Source: an uncultured Gammaproteobacteria bacterium
GTDB lineage: Bacteria > Pseudomonadota > Gammaproteobacteria > Pseudomonadales > Halieaceae
Reading direction: 5' to 3'
Length of the DNA stretch: 64,000 nucleotides
Assembly (NCBI GenBank): GCA_963845135.1
Contig: CAWJQW010000009.1
Span: forward strand, 10,657-74,656
The translations under genes and the position numbers were made by a program. The notes under the pieces were generated by a model. It had not been told where the DNA came from, ran no database searches, and worked only from the letters and a program-made list of their open reading frames with translations. Within the stretch, counting starts at the first letter, position 1; the number at the start of each line of letters is the position of its first letter. Below are positions 31,727 to 42,398 of this stretch, one piece after another.

Positions 31727-32727
31727 ATGAACGCAGAAATTAATCGCAAAGCAGAAAATGCCCTGAATACTTTGGGGGCGCGCGGGTTTGCCTTCAGGGA
31801 GACTGCCCGCGATTATTTTTGCGAACTCCTTCCCGATCTATTTTCGGCACACCCGGTCACTACCTATATTGCTCTGATCGATTCCACGCAGCAGGGCGAA
31901 TCCATGTACGCCATCTCATCTGATGTCGCGCGCTTTCGGCAAAGTGTTATCGATAGTTGGGGCCCGAGCTGCATGGAGATTTATCACCGTGTTGCCATGT
32001 TTTCTCTCATGGACGCGTTCAGCGAAAGAGCGGTCAGTCACCATTACCCGGACAGCATCGTTCGCCAATTCCGCCTCAATTTTGCGCGTATCGAAAGAAA
32101 AATCCTGCAGGGCGCAGCGGGCACTTATTCGCATGACGGCGACACTTTCCTGAAAGACTTCGCAATTTGCCTGCAAACCGCGTTCCCCGGCGGCGGCGCC
32201 TGGGTGGTTGATCAACAGGGAGGCTTCGCCCGGTCTACGCTTTTCAGCGGTGGCGCCATACAGTTCTTTCGCCTTGCCTGGCTCTACCTTTTGGTGACGC
32301 GTGGACACAAGCCGATGTACGGGCTGCACATTCATAACGACCTCACGCAATACCACACTGCGCAGGACCGCAAGGCATGTCACCTTCGTTTGGTGGAGAT
32401 GCTGGAACGCAATCCTCACGTAAAGGGCATCTGCGGTGCGAGTTGGTTGACAGACCCCGCTGTTCCCGGATCAGTCCGAAACTGCGCTGGGTGAGAGAAA
32501 TTCCTGAGGCAAATGGCTGCGAGTACTTCCGCGTGGGGGAGGATATCCATGGTGGCGCCCTGACCCGCTCCAACACGCGCCGCCGACTTTTTGAGGAAGG
32601 CAAATACATTCCTACCAGTTACCTGAACATCTGGCCACGCCAGCGCATGATCGCCTGGGGCAGACGAGAACGACTTAACCAAACCCGCAGGACGTTTGCT
32701 GCGCGACACCCACTCCCCGACGCATAG
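31727..32727 (+). CDS. Hypothetical protein, possible acyltransferase-like fold (frameshift near 32468)
   Basis: ORFs 31727-32494 and 32377-32727 join at SWLTDPAV/ISPKLRW. Confidence 0.6.
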
Positions 32728-32893
32728 ATCACCGATCCAGGGGCCGACTTACCCTGCCGAAGCCCCTGTTGCCACCTCCCTCTTGGTAGACCCAAAAGGC
32801 GACACTTTCACATTAAGCAGACCGAGACAAAATCGCTGCAATTCAGTAAGATTAACTGACAAAACTATTTCACTAAAACAATATAGGGGTGAT

Positions 32894-34252
32894 GTGTTGT
32901 CCACCTCGGGGCTAAAACGGGTTCTCCTGGAGATCCGTATCGATGCTGCCTGCCTTGTGCTGGCTGCGAGCCTGTGCGCGCCAGTCACCGCCTTCGGTGA
33001 TGAGTCAACGTCACCCGCGACCATCCCTGAGGCAAAAAGCGTCGACCTTGACCAGCCAGTTAGCGCGGAGGCGTTAATGGAATCGGCCAACACGCAACGC
33101 TCTGCCAACACCACACCTCCGCCCGTGCAAACCGAAGCTCACTACCGTGTGGACACGCTCGAAAACGAGGTGGTCTATGCACAGTCACTTCCTGAATTGG
33201 ACGCCGCCAATCCGCTGCTGCTGTTAGGATCCAAAGTGCCACCGGGGACGGCAACCAGGCTGGCGTGGTCGCCGAGCCAGTCTTTTGAGGGTATTGCGGT
33301 GCCCACCCCGGTGCTGGTGGTCAATGGTGCGCAGAACGGCCCCACGCTGTGCCTTACGGCGGCGATTCACGGCGATGAGCTTAACGGCATTGAAATTGTC
33401 AGGCGTGTGCTCTACAACCTTGATGCGCAGACCCTGTCCGGCGCTGTGATCGGCGTTCCCATTGTCAATTTGCAGGGCTTTCAACGCGGCTCACGCTACC
33501 TGACCGACCGACGGGATCTGAACCGCCACTTTCCCGGCAATCCCGAGGGCAGTTCCGCAGCGCGTATCGCTCACTCTTTTTTCCACGATGTGGTCGAGCA
33601 CTGCGACGCGCTGGTAGACCTGCACACGGGCTCGTTCCATCGCACCAACCTCCCGCAGCTGCGCGCCAATCTGAAAGACCCCGCTATCCTGTCGCTGACT
33701 CACGGCTTTGGCTCAACGGTTGTGCTGCAGAGCGAGGGCTCCCCTGGCACACTCAGACGCGCTGCCGCTGAGCACGGCATCCCCACGGTAACGCTGGAAG
33801 CCGGCGCACCCATGCGTCTGGAAGAGGACAGTGTCAACCAGGGCGTGATGGGTATAGAGACGCTGCTGGGTCACATGAAGATGATGAAGCGCTTCCGTTT
33901 CTGGGGTAACCCTGAGCCTGTGTACTACGAGTCCAGCTGGGTGCGGGCAGACCAGGGCGGAATCCTGCTAAATACCGTGGAACTGGGCCAGTCGGTTGCC
34001 TTCGGTGAGCTACTGGGCACGGTGACCGACCCCATCACCAACATGCGCGTCGACATCCGGGCCCCGCACGCAGGACGCATACTGGGCATGGCGCTGAATC
34101 AGGTGGTTTTGCCAGGCTTCGCCGCCTACCGTATCGGCACCCAGACCACCAAACAGCCCGATCAGCTCGAAGACAATGGGCACCTGTCCAACGACGACGA
34201 CGTGGCTGAGCAGGATGAAGGGATGACAGAGGATGACTACCTTGCCGAGTGA
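32894..34252 (+). CDS. Succinylglutamate desuccinylase/aspartoacylase (M14) family protein, probably exported; start uncertain
   Basis: AIHGDELNG, DLNRHFPG, DLHTG, TLEAG; hydrophobic N-terminal segment and acidic tail. Confidence 0.88.
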   Translation: MLSTSGLKRVLLEIRIDAACLVLAASLCAPVTAFGDESTSPATIPEAKSVDLDQPVSAEALMESANTQRSANTTPPPVQTEAHYRVDTLENEVVYAQSLPELDAANPLLLLGSKVPPGTATRLAWSPSQSFEGIAVPTPVLVVNGAQNGPTLCLTAAIHGDELNGIEIVRRVLYNLDAQTLSGAVIGVPIVNLQGFQRGSRYLTDRRDLNRHFPGNPEGSSAARIAHSFFHDVVEHCDALVDLHTGSFHRTNLPQLRANLKDPAILSLTHGFGSTVVLQSEGSPGTLRRAAAEHGIPTVTLEAGAPMRLEEDSVNQGVMGIETLLGHMKMMKRFRFWGNPEPVYYESSWVRADQGGILLNTVELGQSVAFGELLGTVTDPITNMRVDIRAPHAGRILGMALNQVVLPGFAAYRIGTQTTKQPDQLEDNGHLSNDDDVAEQDEGMTEDDYLAE

Positions 34253-34348
34253 TCCCCACCGCACGCAGTGAGCCCTCAACAACAGTAGGCATAAACGACC
34301 ATTTCGCTTATGCTCGATACTCCCCTTCTGATCCGAGAACACATCATC

Positions 34349-34705
34349 ATGCACAGGGCACTCTGGCTACTTGTAGCATTCGTCACCCTTACTTTGTCTG
34401 GCGGTTGCGCCCAATACGATAACCAGCGGGGGGTCGACGTCTCCTGGCAAGCATCGGTCACGGATACACTGGTGAAGGGCCAGAGCACGCGCCAGGATGT
34501 ACTGACCAAGCTGGGTCCACCCTCGCAAATTATCGCGCTGCAGGATGAGACTGCACTTTACTACCTGTTCGAGCATGCAGAGGGCAACGGCCTGATTCTC
34601 GTTGTCTACAATCGCTTCGATACGCAGACACGCTATGACCGGGCCGTGTTTTTCTTCGATGAAAACGATGTGCTGAGCGACTATGCGACACACATTCGCC
34701 AGTAG
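34349..34705 (+). CDS. BamE/SmpA-like lipoprotein
   Basis: Lipobox-like SGGC; GQSTRQDVLTKLGPPS...FFFDENDVL. Confidence 0.7.
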   Translation: MHRALWLLVAFVTLTLSGGCAQYDNQRGVDVSWQASVTDTLVKGQSTRQDVLTKLGPPSQIIALQDETALYYLFEHAEGNGLILVVYNRFDTQTRYDRAVFFFDENDVLSDYATHIRQ

Positions 34706-35291
34706 GCCAGGATTACTGGGAGCTCTACTGCTATGCATATTTTTGCAGGGCTGCAGTCAATGGCGCCATAGCCTGGGTAGTCCACTGTCTGAAGCGCTCA
34801 CCCCAAGCCCGTCAACAACCCCCTCACTGACCGAGGCACTATTGCAACTGGGTCCTCCCATGCGGCTGTCTGCCACCGCAGACGGTTACGTGCTGGCCTG
34901 GGAACACTGGCACATCAGCGAGGATGCCATTGGCGTGAGCCTCGGTTCACTTGGCGCCGATATGTTGTCGATCGACTGGGGCAATGCGCGCATGCGCGGA
35001 GAGTTTATCATCGCTGCCTTTGACCACGAACATCAACTGACCTCAGCTGCCTTTTCTTCCTGGGACTCAGCTGCCGGCGGCGGCGCCGCCCTGCAACCCT
35101 TCATCGGCGTTTCCCTGGTAGATGTGGATGACCTGCTGCAGGCCATGCCGCAGCATCGCTGGGGTGGCCTGGGCCTGGATCTCCTGCCACGCACCCTCAA
35201 CAACCAGAACCGCCCGGACTCAGGTCAGTCCGGCATTGAACAGCGAGGCACCCCCGCCACCATCGGCCAACGCTCCCTTGAAATGAATTGA
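34683..35291 (+). CDS. Hypothetical lipoprotein
   Basis: Lipobox LQGC; ALLQLGPP motif similar to the upstream gene; overlaps its stop. Confidence 0.65.
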   Translation: MRHTFASRPGLLGALLLCIFLQGCSQWRHSLGSPLSEALTPSPSTTPSLTEALLQLGPPMRLSATADGYVLAWEHWHISEDAIGVSLGSLGADMLSIDWGNARMRGEFIIAAFDHEHQLTSAAFSSWDSAAGGGAALQPFIGVSLVDVDDLLQAMPQHRWGGLGLDLLPRTLNNQNRPDSGQSGIEQRGTPATIGQRSLEMN

Positions 35292-35337
35292 TCCTCACCA
35301 TCTGGTGCACTGGCCCCGTCAATGGTACCGTGATTAC

Positions 35338-35715
35338 ATGATAGGAATTCTTTTACGCACCGTTATCATTGGCCTGGGTATCTGGCTAGCCACGTACCTG
35401 GTGCCCGGGGTGAGCGCCACTTCTACCTCAGCACTGGTCTGGGCCGCCATCGCACTGGGTCTGATCAACGCCTTTGTGCGGCCCGTGCTGGTGCTGCTCA
35501 CCCTCCCCTTCACCATCCTGACCCTGGGCGTTTTCCTGCTCATTCTCAACGCCGGAATGCTTAATCTGGCGGGGTGGTTTGTGGACGGTTTCGAGGTGGT
35601 GGGCTTCTGGAGCGCTGTCTTTGGCGCCATCATCGTCAGCATTGTCAGCGGCCTGTGCTCGCGCTTTATTGGCGCCAGGGGGCGCTACGAGGTGCTGGTC
35701 GTTCGCCGCGACTGA
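35338..35715 (+). CDS. Phage holin family (YvlD-like, 4 TM) membrane protein
   Basis: LGLINAFVRPVLVLLTLPFTILTLGVFLLILNA signature. Confidence 0.88.
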   Translation: MIGILLRTVIIGLGIWLATYLVPGVSATSTSALVWAAIALGLINAFVRPVLVLLTLPFTILTLGVFLLILNAGMLNLAGWFVDGFEVVGFWSAVFGAIIVSIVSGLCSRFIGARGRYEVLVVRRD

Positions 35716-35736
35716 GCTGCTCTGGCACACCTCGTC

Positions 35737-36618
35737 TCAGGCTTTCCTGTACTGGCTTAGCGCGATACCAGCAAAGATAACCAGTAGCCCAATAAACTGG
35801 CGCGCCTCTGCTGTCTCCCCCAAAAACACGATACCGGCGGAAAAGGCGATAGCGGGAATCAGGTAGTTGATAATGGCCAGGAAGCCAGGCCCGCAGTCCG
35901 ACACCACTTTGAAGTAAACCCACGTCGCCAGCCCGGTGGCAAAAACGCCCAGGGCGATAGCGGCGGCCCAGGCATCCAAAGTGGGCGCCAGTTGCCACGG
36001 CCGCTCCCAAACCAGCATCACCGGAAACAACACGAAGGTACCGGCGATCAGTGACCCGGTTGCCACCACCAGCGTGTCAATCGCCGGCAGTCGCTTGGTA
36101 TAGACCGAATTTACGGCATAGGAAAATGTGGCCGCCAGAACGGCGACCTGCGCAATCATCTGCGCAGCGCCAAATTCTTGCAATACACCGGGACCTACCA
36201 GAATTAGCACACCCACAAAACCGAGACCGATACCCAGCAGCCGCCGCCGGGTCAACTGTTCGTGGACAACGTAAAAGTGCGCCAGCAACGCCGTACTCAG
36301 GGGCATCAGCGCCATCAGCAAACCTGCCTGCCCGCTGGTGATGCGCGTCTCCGACCAGGTGATCAGCGAAAAAGGCAGCAGGTTGCCACACAATGAAAGC
36401 AGCAGGAAACGCAGCCACCATTGGCCTTCCACAGGCAACCGGCCACCCTGCCAACGCATCAATACGTACAGCACGCCAGCGCCTACGGCCAGGCGCAGCC
36501 AGACAATGGTCAACGGGGGGAAACCGCGCAGGGCAACCGCTATCAGGAAAAACGCCAGACCCCAGAACACACTGAGGTAGGCCAACATCATCCAGTGACG
36601 CAGAGCAGGGCTATGCAT
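35737..36618 (-). CDS. DMT/EamA family transporter
   Basis: About ten TM segments in two EamA repeats. Confidence 0.9.
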   Translation of the reverse strand: MHSPALRHWMMLAYLSVFWGLAFFLIAVALRGFPPLTIVWLRLAVGAGVLYVLMRWQGGRLPVEGQWWLRFLLLSLCGNLLPFSLITWSETRITSGQAGLLMALMPLSTALLAHFYVVHEQLTRRRLLGIGLGFVGVLILVGPGVLQEFGAAQMIAQVAVLAATFSYAVNSVYTKRLPAIDTLVVATGSLIAGTFVLFPVMLVWERPWQLAPTLDAWAAAIALGVFATGLATWVYFKVVSDCGPGFLAIINYLIPAIAFSAGIVFLGETAEARQFIGLLVIFAGIALSQYRKA

Positions 36619-36669
36619 ACCAGGCGCCAGTGCGCCGGGACGCGGCCCGGACGCACGGAGCGAGAGTCA

Positions 36670-37561
36670 TCAGCCCTTCCTGTAGGGGTGTATCACGTTC
36701 TCAGCGTACCAGTTAATCATCCCCACTTTCTCTTCCACCGTCTGCGTGTCCGGCTGCGCATCGTAGGGGTTGCGGAAGGCGATGATCACTTCTGTGACCC
36801 CGGCGTCGGCGAGACCGCCCAGCCCTTCTACTGAGTAGGCCGCTTCCGTCATTGCGTGATACTCGAAAGGGTTCCTGCTCACGGCCGTAGTCCTTCTTGA
36901 AGGTTTCAATCTGCTGGATCATGTCGTTCAGTTCCTGCAGTGAGGATCCGGCGGAGATCCAGCCATCACCGAGTCTCGCTGCGCGACGCAGGGCCGGCTT
37001 GGCGTGACCACCGACCAACAGCGGGATATGGTGGTCGGGCACAGGGGTCATCTTGATAGGGTCGAGCTGAAAAATCTCACCGTCATAGCCGAAGTACTCG
37101 CCGGTCATTAACCCGTTGACGATTTCCATCATTTCGTCCATGCGCTTGCCGCGCTTTTCCCAGGGAATCTGGCAGGCCAGGAAGTCCTCGGGCCACGGGC
37201 TGATGCCGACTCCAAACCCAAAGCGATCGCCAATCATCACGCCCAACGTGGAAAGCTGCTTGGCGACAATCGCAGGTTGGCGCACGGCCAGTTTGATCAC
37301 CGAGGTGGTGAAGCGCAGCTTCTCCGTGCGCGCAGCCAGGTAAGGAATGGCAACGAAAGGCTCCAGAAAGGGCACACCGTCAAGGAACTCACGAGTCCCG
37401 TCGTCGTTGTACGGATAAACGTCGGAGCCCTCTTTGGGGTAGCAAATGCTATCCGGGAATGTGAACGTATCGAACCCGGCTTCCTCGGCGGCAAGCGCGA
37501 GGGGCAGGTACTGGTCTGGCGGGCACATAGTGGCGTGATAGGCAAATTTCATTTTCGGCAT
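36670..37561 (-). CDS. LLM-class flavin/F420-type oxidoreductase (frameshift near 36875)
   Basis: AEEAGFD, FGVGISPWPED, VGGHAKPALRRAARLGDGW; C-terminus lies in ORF 36670-36909. Confidence 0.85.
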
Positions 37562-37777
37562 CCTGATGGTTAGTTATTCTGGTCGAAACGCGACAGAGCG
37601 TACCACTTGCCCTGGATACGAATCTTCTTTACTTAATATAGTACCTAAACCGATACGCCGGCGATAATGGCGTAGATCACCACCTTGCACTCAGCAGTGT
37701 GGCTGGTATACAAGGGGAAACCGCGGGCCGCAGGAATGCAGTAGATAGTGGGCTACAGAAAACAGGGAATTCCAGCA

Positions 37778-38275
37778 TTGAGAAAAATTTTGATCTTTGG
37801 CAACTCGGGCTCAGGGAAGTCCACCCTGGCTAAAAGAATCTGCAGCACCGAAGGCATGGCTCACCTGGATCTCGATATTCTGGCATGGCGCCCCACAACG
37901 CCTCCTGAGAGGGTTTCACTGGAAGAGTCTGCAGAGGCAATTTCAGGCTTTCTTGAAGCAAACCAGGCCTGGGTTATCGAGGGCTGTTACTCAGACCTGC
38001 TGGAAATCGCCGCGCCGTATTCCAACGAATGTATTTTCATGAACCTGCCAGTTGAGGCCTGCATAGAAAATGCAAGAAAGCGCCCGTGGGAGCCGCATAA
38101 ATACGAATCAAAAGCGGCACAGGATAATAACCTTGATATGCTTGTCGATTGGATATCGCAGTATTCGACCAGGACTGATACCTTCTCGCAGCTCGCACAT
38201 ACCCGATTATACGAAAACTACCCGGGCAAAAAGCGGGTAGTTGTCAGTAACGAAAATAGCCAGGGCAATGGCTAA
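37778..38275 (+). CDS. P-loop kinase (adenylate-kinase/FlaR-like)
   Basis: IFGNSGSGKST, HLDLD, WVIEGCY, RPWEPHKY. Confidence 0.8.
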   Translation: MRKILIFGNSGSGKSTLAKRICSTEGMAHLDLDILAWRPTTPPERVSLEESAEAISGFLEANQAWVIEGCYSDLLEIAAPYSNECIFMNLPVEACIENARKRPWEPHKYESKAAQDNNLDMLVDWISQYSTRTDTFSQLAHTRLYENYPGKKRVVVSNENSQGNG

Positions 38276-38291
38276 CAGCCAAAATCGAGGT

Positions 38292-38798
38292 TCACGCCGC
38301 TGCAGGATCCCTCCTCCTGTGATGAAGCACTGTGAACCCGGCCGCATGTTGCGGGTCGATTCCATGCTTGGCGATGGTGGTTGTCTGCCAGTTCTCGAAA
38401 CTGAAGGCGTCGACAAACGTGTCCCCGTCGAAGCTGGCATTAATCACCGTTTCATAGACCTCGTCCGCCAGCTCATAAGCTTCCCTGAAAAGGCCGGTAC
38501 CACCCAGCACGAAGGTCTTGCCCTTCTTTCTATCGGCGAGTGATATGGCTTGCGCCAGCGACTTTGCCCGCAAAACCTCGCGCGGAAGGTGCCAGTCGTC
38601 ACTTCTCGTGACAACGATATTCAGGCGCCCTGGCAACGCGTGGTTATTTTCCTGGTAGGTCCTGCGCCCCATGATGATGGTATGCCCCGTCGTTACGCGA
38701 TTGAAGTGCGCGTATTCAGCCGGCAACACCCAGGGCAATACACCGTCACGGCCAATGCAGTAATTAAGGGAGCGCGCGTAAATCAGGGAAAGCGACAT
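38292..38798 (-). CDS. folA: Dihydrofolate reductase
   Basis: IGRDGVLPW, IIMGRRTY, LPGRLNIVVTR, LGG, GDTF. Confidence 0.88.
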   Translation of the reverse strand: MSLSLIYARSLNYCIGRDGVLPWVLPAEYAHFNRVTTGHTIIMGRRTYQENNHALPGRLNIVVTRSDDWHLPREVLRAKSLAQAISLADRKKGKTFVLGGTGLFREAYELADEVYETVINASFDGDTFVDAFSFENWQTTTIAKHGIDPQHAAGFTVLHHRRRDPAAA

Positions 38799-39076
38799 GA
38801 AGGTTAAGTATTCAATGACCCGTGAGTAAAGAACATGAGAACGGCTGGCGTACTTTCAAATCATTGACGAGTCGGAGCCGGCCGCGGGGTTAAGCGATAT
38901 AGGGTAGCAGAAAGCGCCTTGATCTATCCCCATGTCGGATGCATTTCGCACCAGTAGATATTCACCAGAAAGTTGATGGTGTAGTCTAAACTCGGTAATG
39001 ACAAAACAGCTTCCCATTACCGTCTGCCACCTGACTCACCGGAGGGGATCGTGTACCACATCCACCAGGTCTGATA

Positions 39077-40220
39077 ATGCCCTTATTCGATGCCCTGCTT
39101 GAGCGTCTCGGCAGCGTTTGGAAACAGCCACCGGAGCACGTCAGCAAGCGCGGATTCCACTGCGTCTGTGGCAAGCCGGTTTTTTTCCGCAACAGCCATT
39201 GCCTGGCCTGTGAGACCCCGCTTGGCTACGAGCCACTGGAGGGTAGCGTGCGGGCACTGCAAGCCTGCGAACCAGAGGGTAGCTGGCGATTAATAGGCGA
39301 TGAAGACGAAAAACACTACCGGCGCTGCGCGAATTTTCATTCCGCTGCTGGCTGCAACTGGCTGGTCGCCGACGACGAGAGCGCTACACTGTGCATCGCC
39401 TGTCGCCTGAACCGAAAGATACCCGACCTGGATGATCCGGAAAACCAGCGCAACTGGCGCCTTATCGAGAATGCCAAGCGGCGCCTTGTGTCACAACTGC
39501 TGGCCCTGCGCCTGCCGGTTGAATCGAAACAGGAGAACCCCGAGCAGGGCCTGGCCTTCGATATCCTGCGCAGCAATGATGACGGCGAGCGGGTCATGAC
39601 AGGACACGCCAACGGCCTGATCACGTTTAACGCGGAGGAAGCCAATGATGCCAGGCGCGAAGAAATTCGCGCGGCAATGAATGAACCCTACCGTACACTG
39701 ATCGGCCACTTCCGCCATGAAATCGGCCACTACTACTGGGATCTGCTGATCTGGAATACACATTGGCTAGAGCCTTTTCGCGCGCTGTTCGGCGATGAGC
39801 GCGACGACTACGCCAGAGGCCCTGCAAAAAAACTACGAGCAGGGTCCGCCTGCGGACTGGCCCCAGCACTTTATCAGCGCCTACGCCAGCACCCACCCCT
39901 GGGAAGACTGGGCGGAAACATGGGCCCACTACCTGCACATTATCGACAGCCTGGATACCGCCATGGCACACGGGCTCGACGCCGCCGACCTGGAAATGGA
40001 GGCCGAGCCATTCACCAGCGAGGACCTCTATGACGCGGACGCGGAAGGCGCCGAGCGCTTCCTGGTGCTGCTCAATGCATGGCTGGAGATGATTACCGTA
40101 CTCAATGAGATGTCTCGCAGCATGGGGCAACCAGACTTTTACCCCTTCGTGATGCCGCGGGACGTGGTGCGCAAGCTGCACTTTATTCACCTGGTCATAG
40201 CAGGCGCGGCCATAGGATAG
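39077..40220 (+). CDS. Zinc-ribbon-containing putative zinc metallopeptidase (frameshift near 39812)
   Basis: N-terminal Cys clusters, EPYRTLIGHFRHEIGHYYW (HExxH), HPWEDWAETWAHYLH, GQPDFYPF. Confidence 0.85.
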
Positions 40221-40292
40221 CTGCAGCAGAATCAGTGGGGTCAGCAAAAGCGAAATTGAAACATCAACACGTGCTGCAGAAGGTGCCTGTAT

Positions 40293-41580
40293 TCACAAAA
40301 TGCTGGACAAAAGTGTAGCGGTTCCCAGAAACGCCAAAAATCCCGGCCACATCTGTCACTGTCGTCAGGATGATTGATGAAGCCGTTGCCGGATCCTGTC
40401 CTAACCGTGATAACACCATCGGCACCAGGGCGCCGGAAATACCCGCCATTACCATCGCCGTCACCATGGCTATCGCAATCACCAGGGCAAGACCCCATGA
40501 CTGGCTCCACGCCCAGACACCAAGGCCACAAGTGACCGCGAGGGCGAAACCATTGATCAGGCCAATTTGCACCTCTTTGCTCAGAACAGCGCGCCAGTGC
40601 AGGGTTGTTATCTCGCGCAGCGCCAGCCCACGCATCGTAACCGCCAGGGCCTGAGAGCCCGCATTGCCCGACTGGCCGGCAACCACAGGCAGGAGAATCG
40701 CCAATGCAGTGAACTGGGCAATGGTTGACTCGAACAAACCAACCACCGCCGCCGCAAGAAAGGCGGTCAAAAGATTAATATGCAACCACACCAATCGCCT
40801 CTTAACGGCAAACATCGGGGTGGAAAGCGCCCTTTCATCAGCGCTGACGCCGACCATGCGCTGTATGCCTGCGGTCGCTGCCTCTTCAGCCGCCTGAAAC
40901 AAATTGCCATAGCGGATAATTCCCAATAGCTTCAGGTCGTGATCGACCACCGGTATGGAATCGACCTTGCTGTGGTCAAACAACTGCACCAGGTCCTCCT
41001 CTGTCGAGGTGAGCAGCGCAACATCTTCCACAGGGTTAAGCAGCTCGGACATGGGCGTATCCGGCTCAGCGAGCGCCATGTCTTGCAAGTCAACGCGCCC
41101 GGCCAGCACATCCTGATCATCAACAATATAGAGGGATCGAACTCGCCGAACCTTTGACCGACGCAGCTCAGCCAAGGCCTCGCCGACCGTCTGGTCAGTT
41201 CGATATCTGGCCAGCAAACGGTCCATGAAGCGACCGGCAGTGCGCTCAGGAAACTCCAGTAATTCCTCGAACTCACCACGGACACGGCGTGGCATACTGC
41301 CAAGCGCAGACTCCAATTCAGCCTCCGAAAGACTACGCAGAATCAACATAGCGGTACGGATACTCGCTCGCTGCAATACGATGGCGCGCCGGCCTTCATC
41401 CAGTGCCAAAAACAGGGGTTTAAGACGCCCGGGGTCAACGTGTTCCAGCAGCTGCGTATAACTCTCTACTGACAGCTGTTCCAGGCCCTCGGTTAACTCC
41501 AGTTTCTTCTCGACCACACGGGCCGCATCAGCGGGAAAGGCACTCACATAGTGTTCACGTAATTCATCACGAAGCGTCAT
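40293..41580 (-). CDS. mgtE: Magnesium transporter MgtE (frameshift near 40340)
   Basis: CBS pair, VKRRLVWL, GQSGNAGSQ, DPATASSIILTTVTDVAG; corrected end FLAFLGTATLLSSIL*. Confidence 0.92.
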
Positions 41581-42398
41581 TTGCGTTTACCCAGCACTGA
41601 CTCCAGCACCTTGGCGCACGTTTCCATGTAGCCGGTAGCCAGCTCAGCCATAACGCGTTCAAAATCGAACTCGAGCGCTTCAGATACGCCGGCGACACGC
41701 GCCAGAGCTCCCCTGCTAACCACGCCAAGCACTCGGTGCCTGCCATCGATCACCGGTAACTCGGTATGCGCCATCCAGTGACGAGACGTCAATGCTGTAC
41801 TGGCATCGGTCAGTCCATTCAGCGCTTCTACCCGGAGTACCACGTCACCCACTTTACGACTGCGATTCTTGCGTGCATAAACAGCCTGTAACGTCAGCAT
41901 ACCCACATACCGGGCGTGTCGATCGACTACCAGAACCGGGCGCACCTGGGTGTCCGTGTTCGCGGAGAGTTGCTCACTGAAGCTTCCGCAGGTCACATCC
42001 TCCTGAACTCTGATGAATGCCGTAGAGACAATTGACGCGACGCTGTGACTGGGAAACTCCAGTAATTCATAGAGTTTTCGTCTATGCTCGGCAGGCACCG
42101 CTTCCAGCAAGGCACTGTAACGGGACTCGTTGATATGCGACACCAGTGCTACGGCGTCGTCGCTATGAGCCGAAGTCACCATTTGTGCAATAAAGTCTGG
42201 AGCAAGGGTGCTCATCAAAGCTGTAAGCTGCCAGCTCGGCAGTCGAACAGTCACGCTGGCCGCGTCTGGCAAAGGCAGGCTTTCGATAAACTCGCACAAT
42301 TCGGCACGGTCGCTGTTACCGAGCAAGGCCGCCATACCGTCAGGCCTGTCAGCTGCAAACTGCAGTAAAAAGGGGTCATCAAGCACTGGCTGGGTCAT
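41577..42398 (-). CDS. MgtE N-domain/CBS-pair protein without a TM domain
   Basis: LLEFPSHSVASI, LVVDRHARYVG, LPVIDGRHRVLGVV; ATGA overlap with mgtE. Confidence 0.75.
   Translation of the reverse strand: MTQPVLDDPFLLQFAADRPDGMAALLGNSDRAELCEFIESLPLPDAASVTVRLPSWQLTALMSTLAPDFIAQMVTSAHSDDAVALVSHINESRYSALLEAVPAEHRRKLYELLEFPSHSVASIVSTAFIRVQEDVTCGSFSEQLSANTDTQVRPVLVVDRHARYVGMLTLQAVYARKNRSRKVGDVVLRVEALNGLTDASTALTSRHWMAHTELPVIDGRHRVLGVVSRGALARVAGVSEALEFDFERVMAELATGYMETCAKVLESVLGKRK

Noticed and set aside
35338-35715. Holin as evidence of a prophage
   Set aside because: This family is common in chromosomes, and no endolysin, structural or integrase genes are nearby
36670-37561. LLM gene as the luciferase partner of the LuxC/LuxE-like genes
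   Set aside because: About 24 kb away, single subunit, and its motifs fit generic LLM oxidoreductases rather than LuxA/LuxB
38268-38292. GGCTAAC at the kinase stop codon as the start of an attC site
   Set aside because: No inverted arms or matching GTT core follow; the DHFR gene ends 17 bp later
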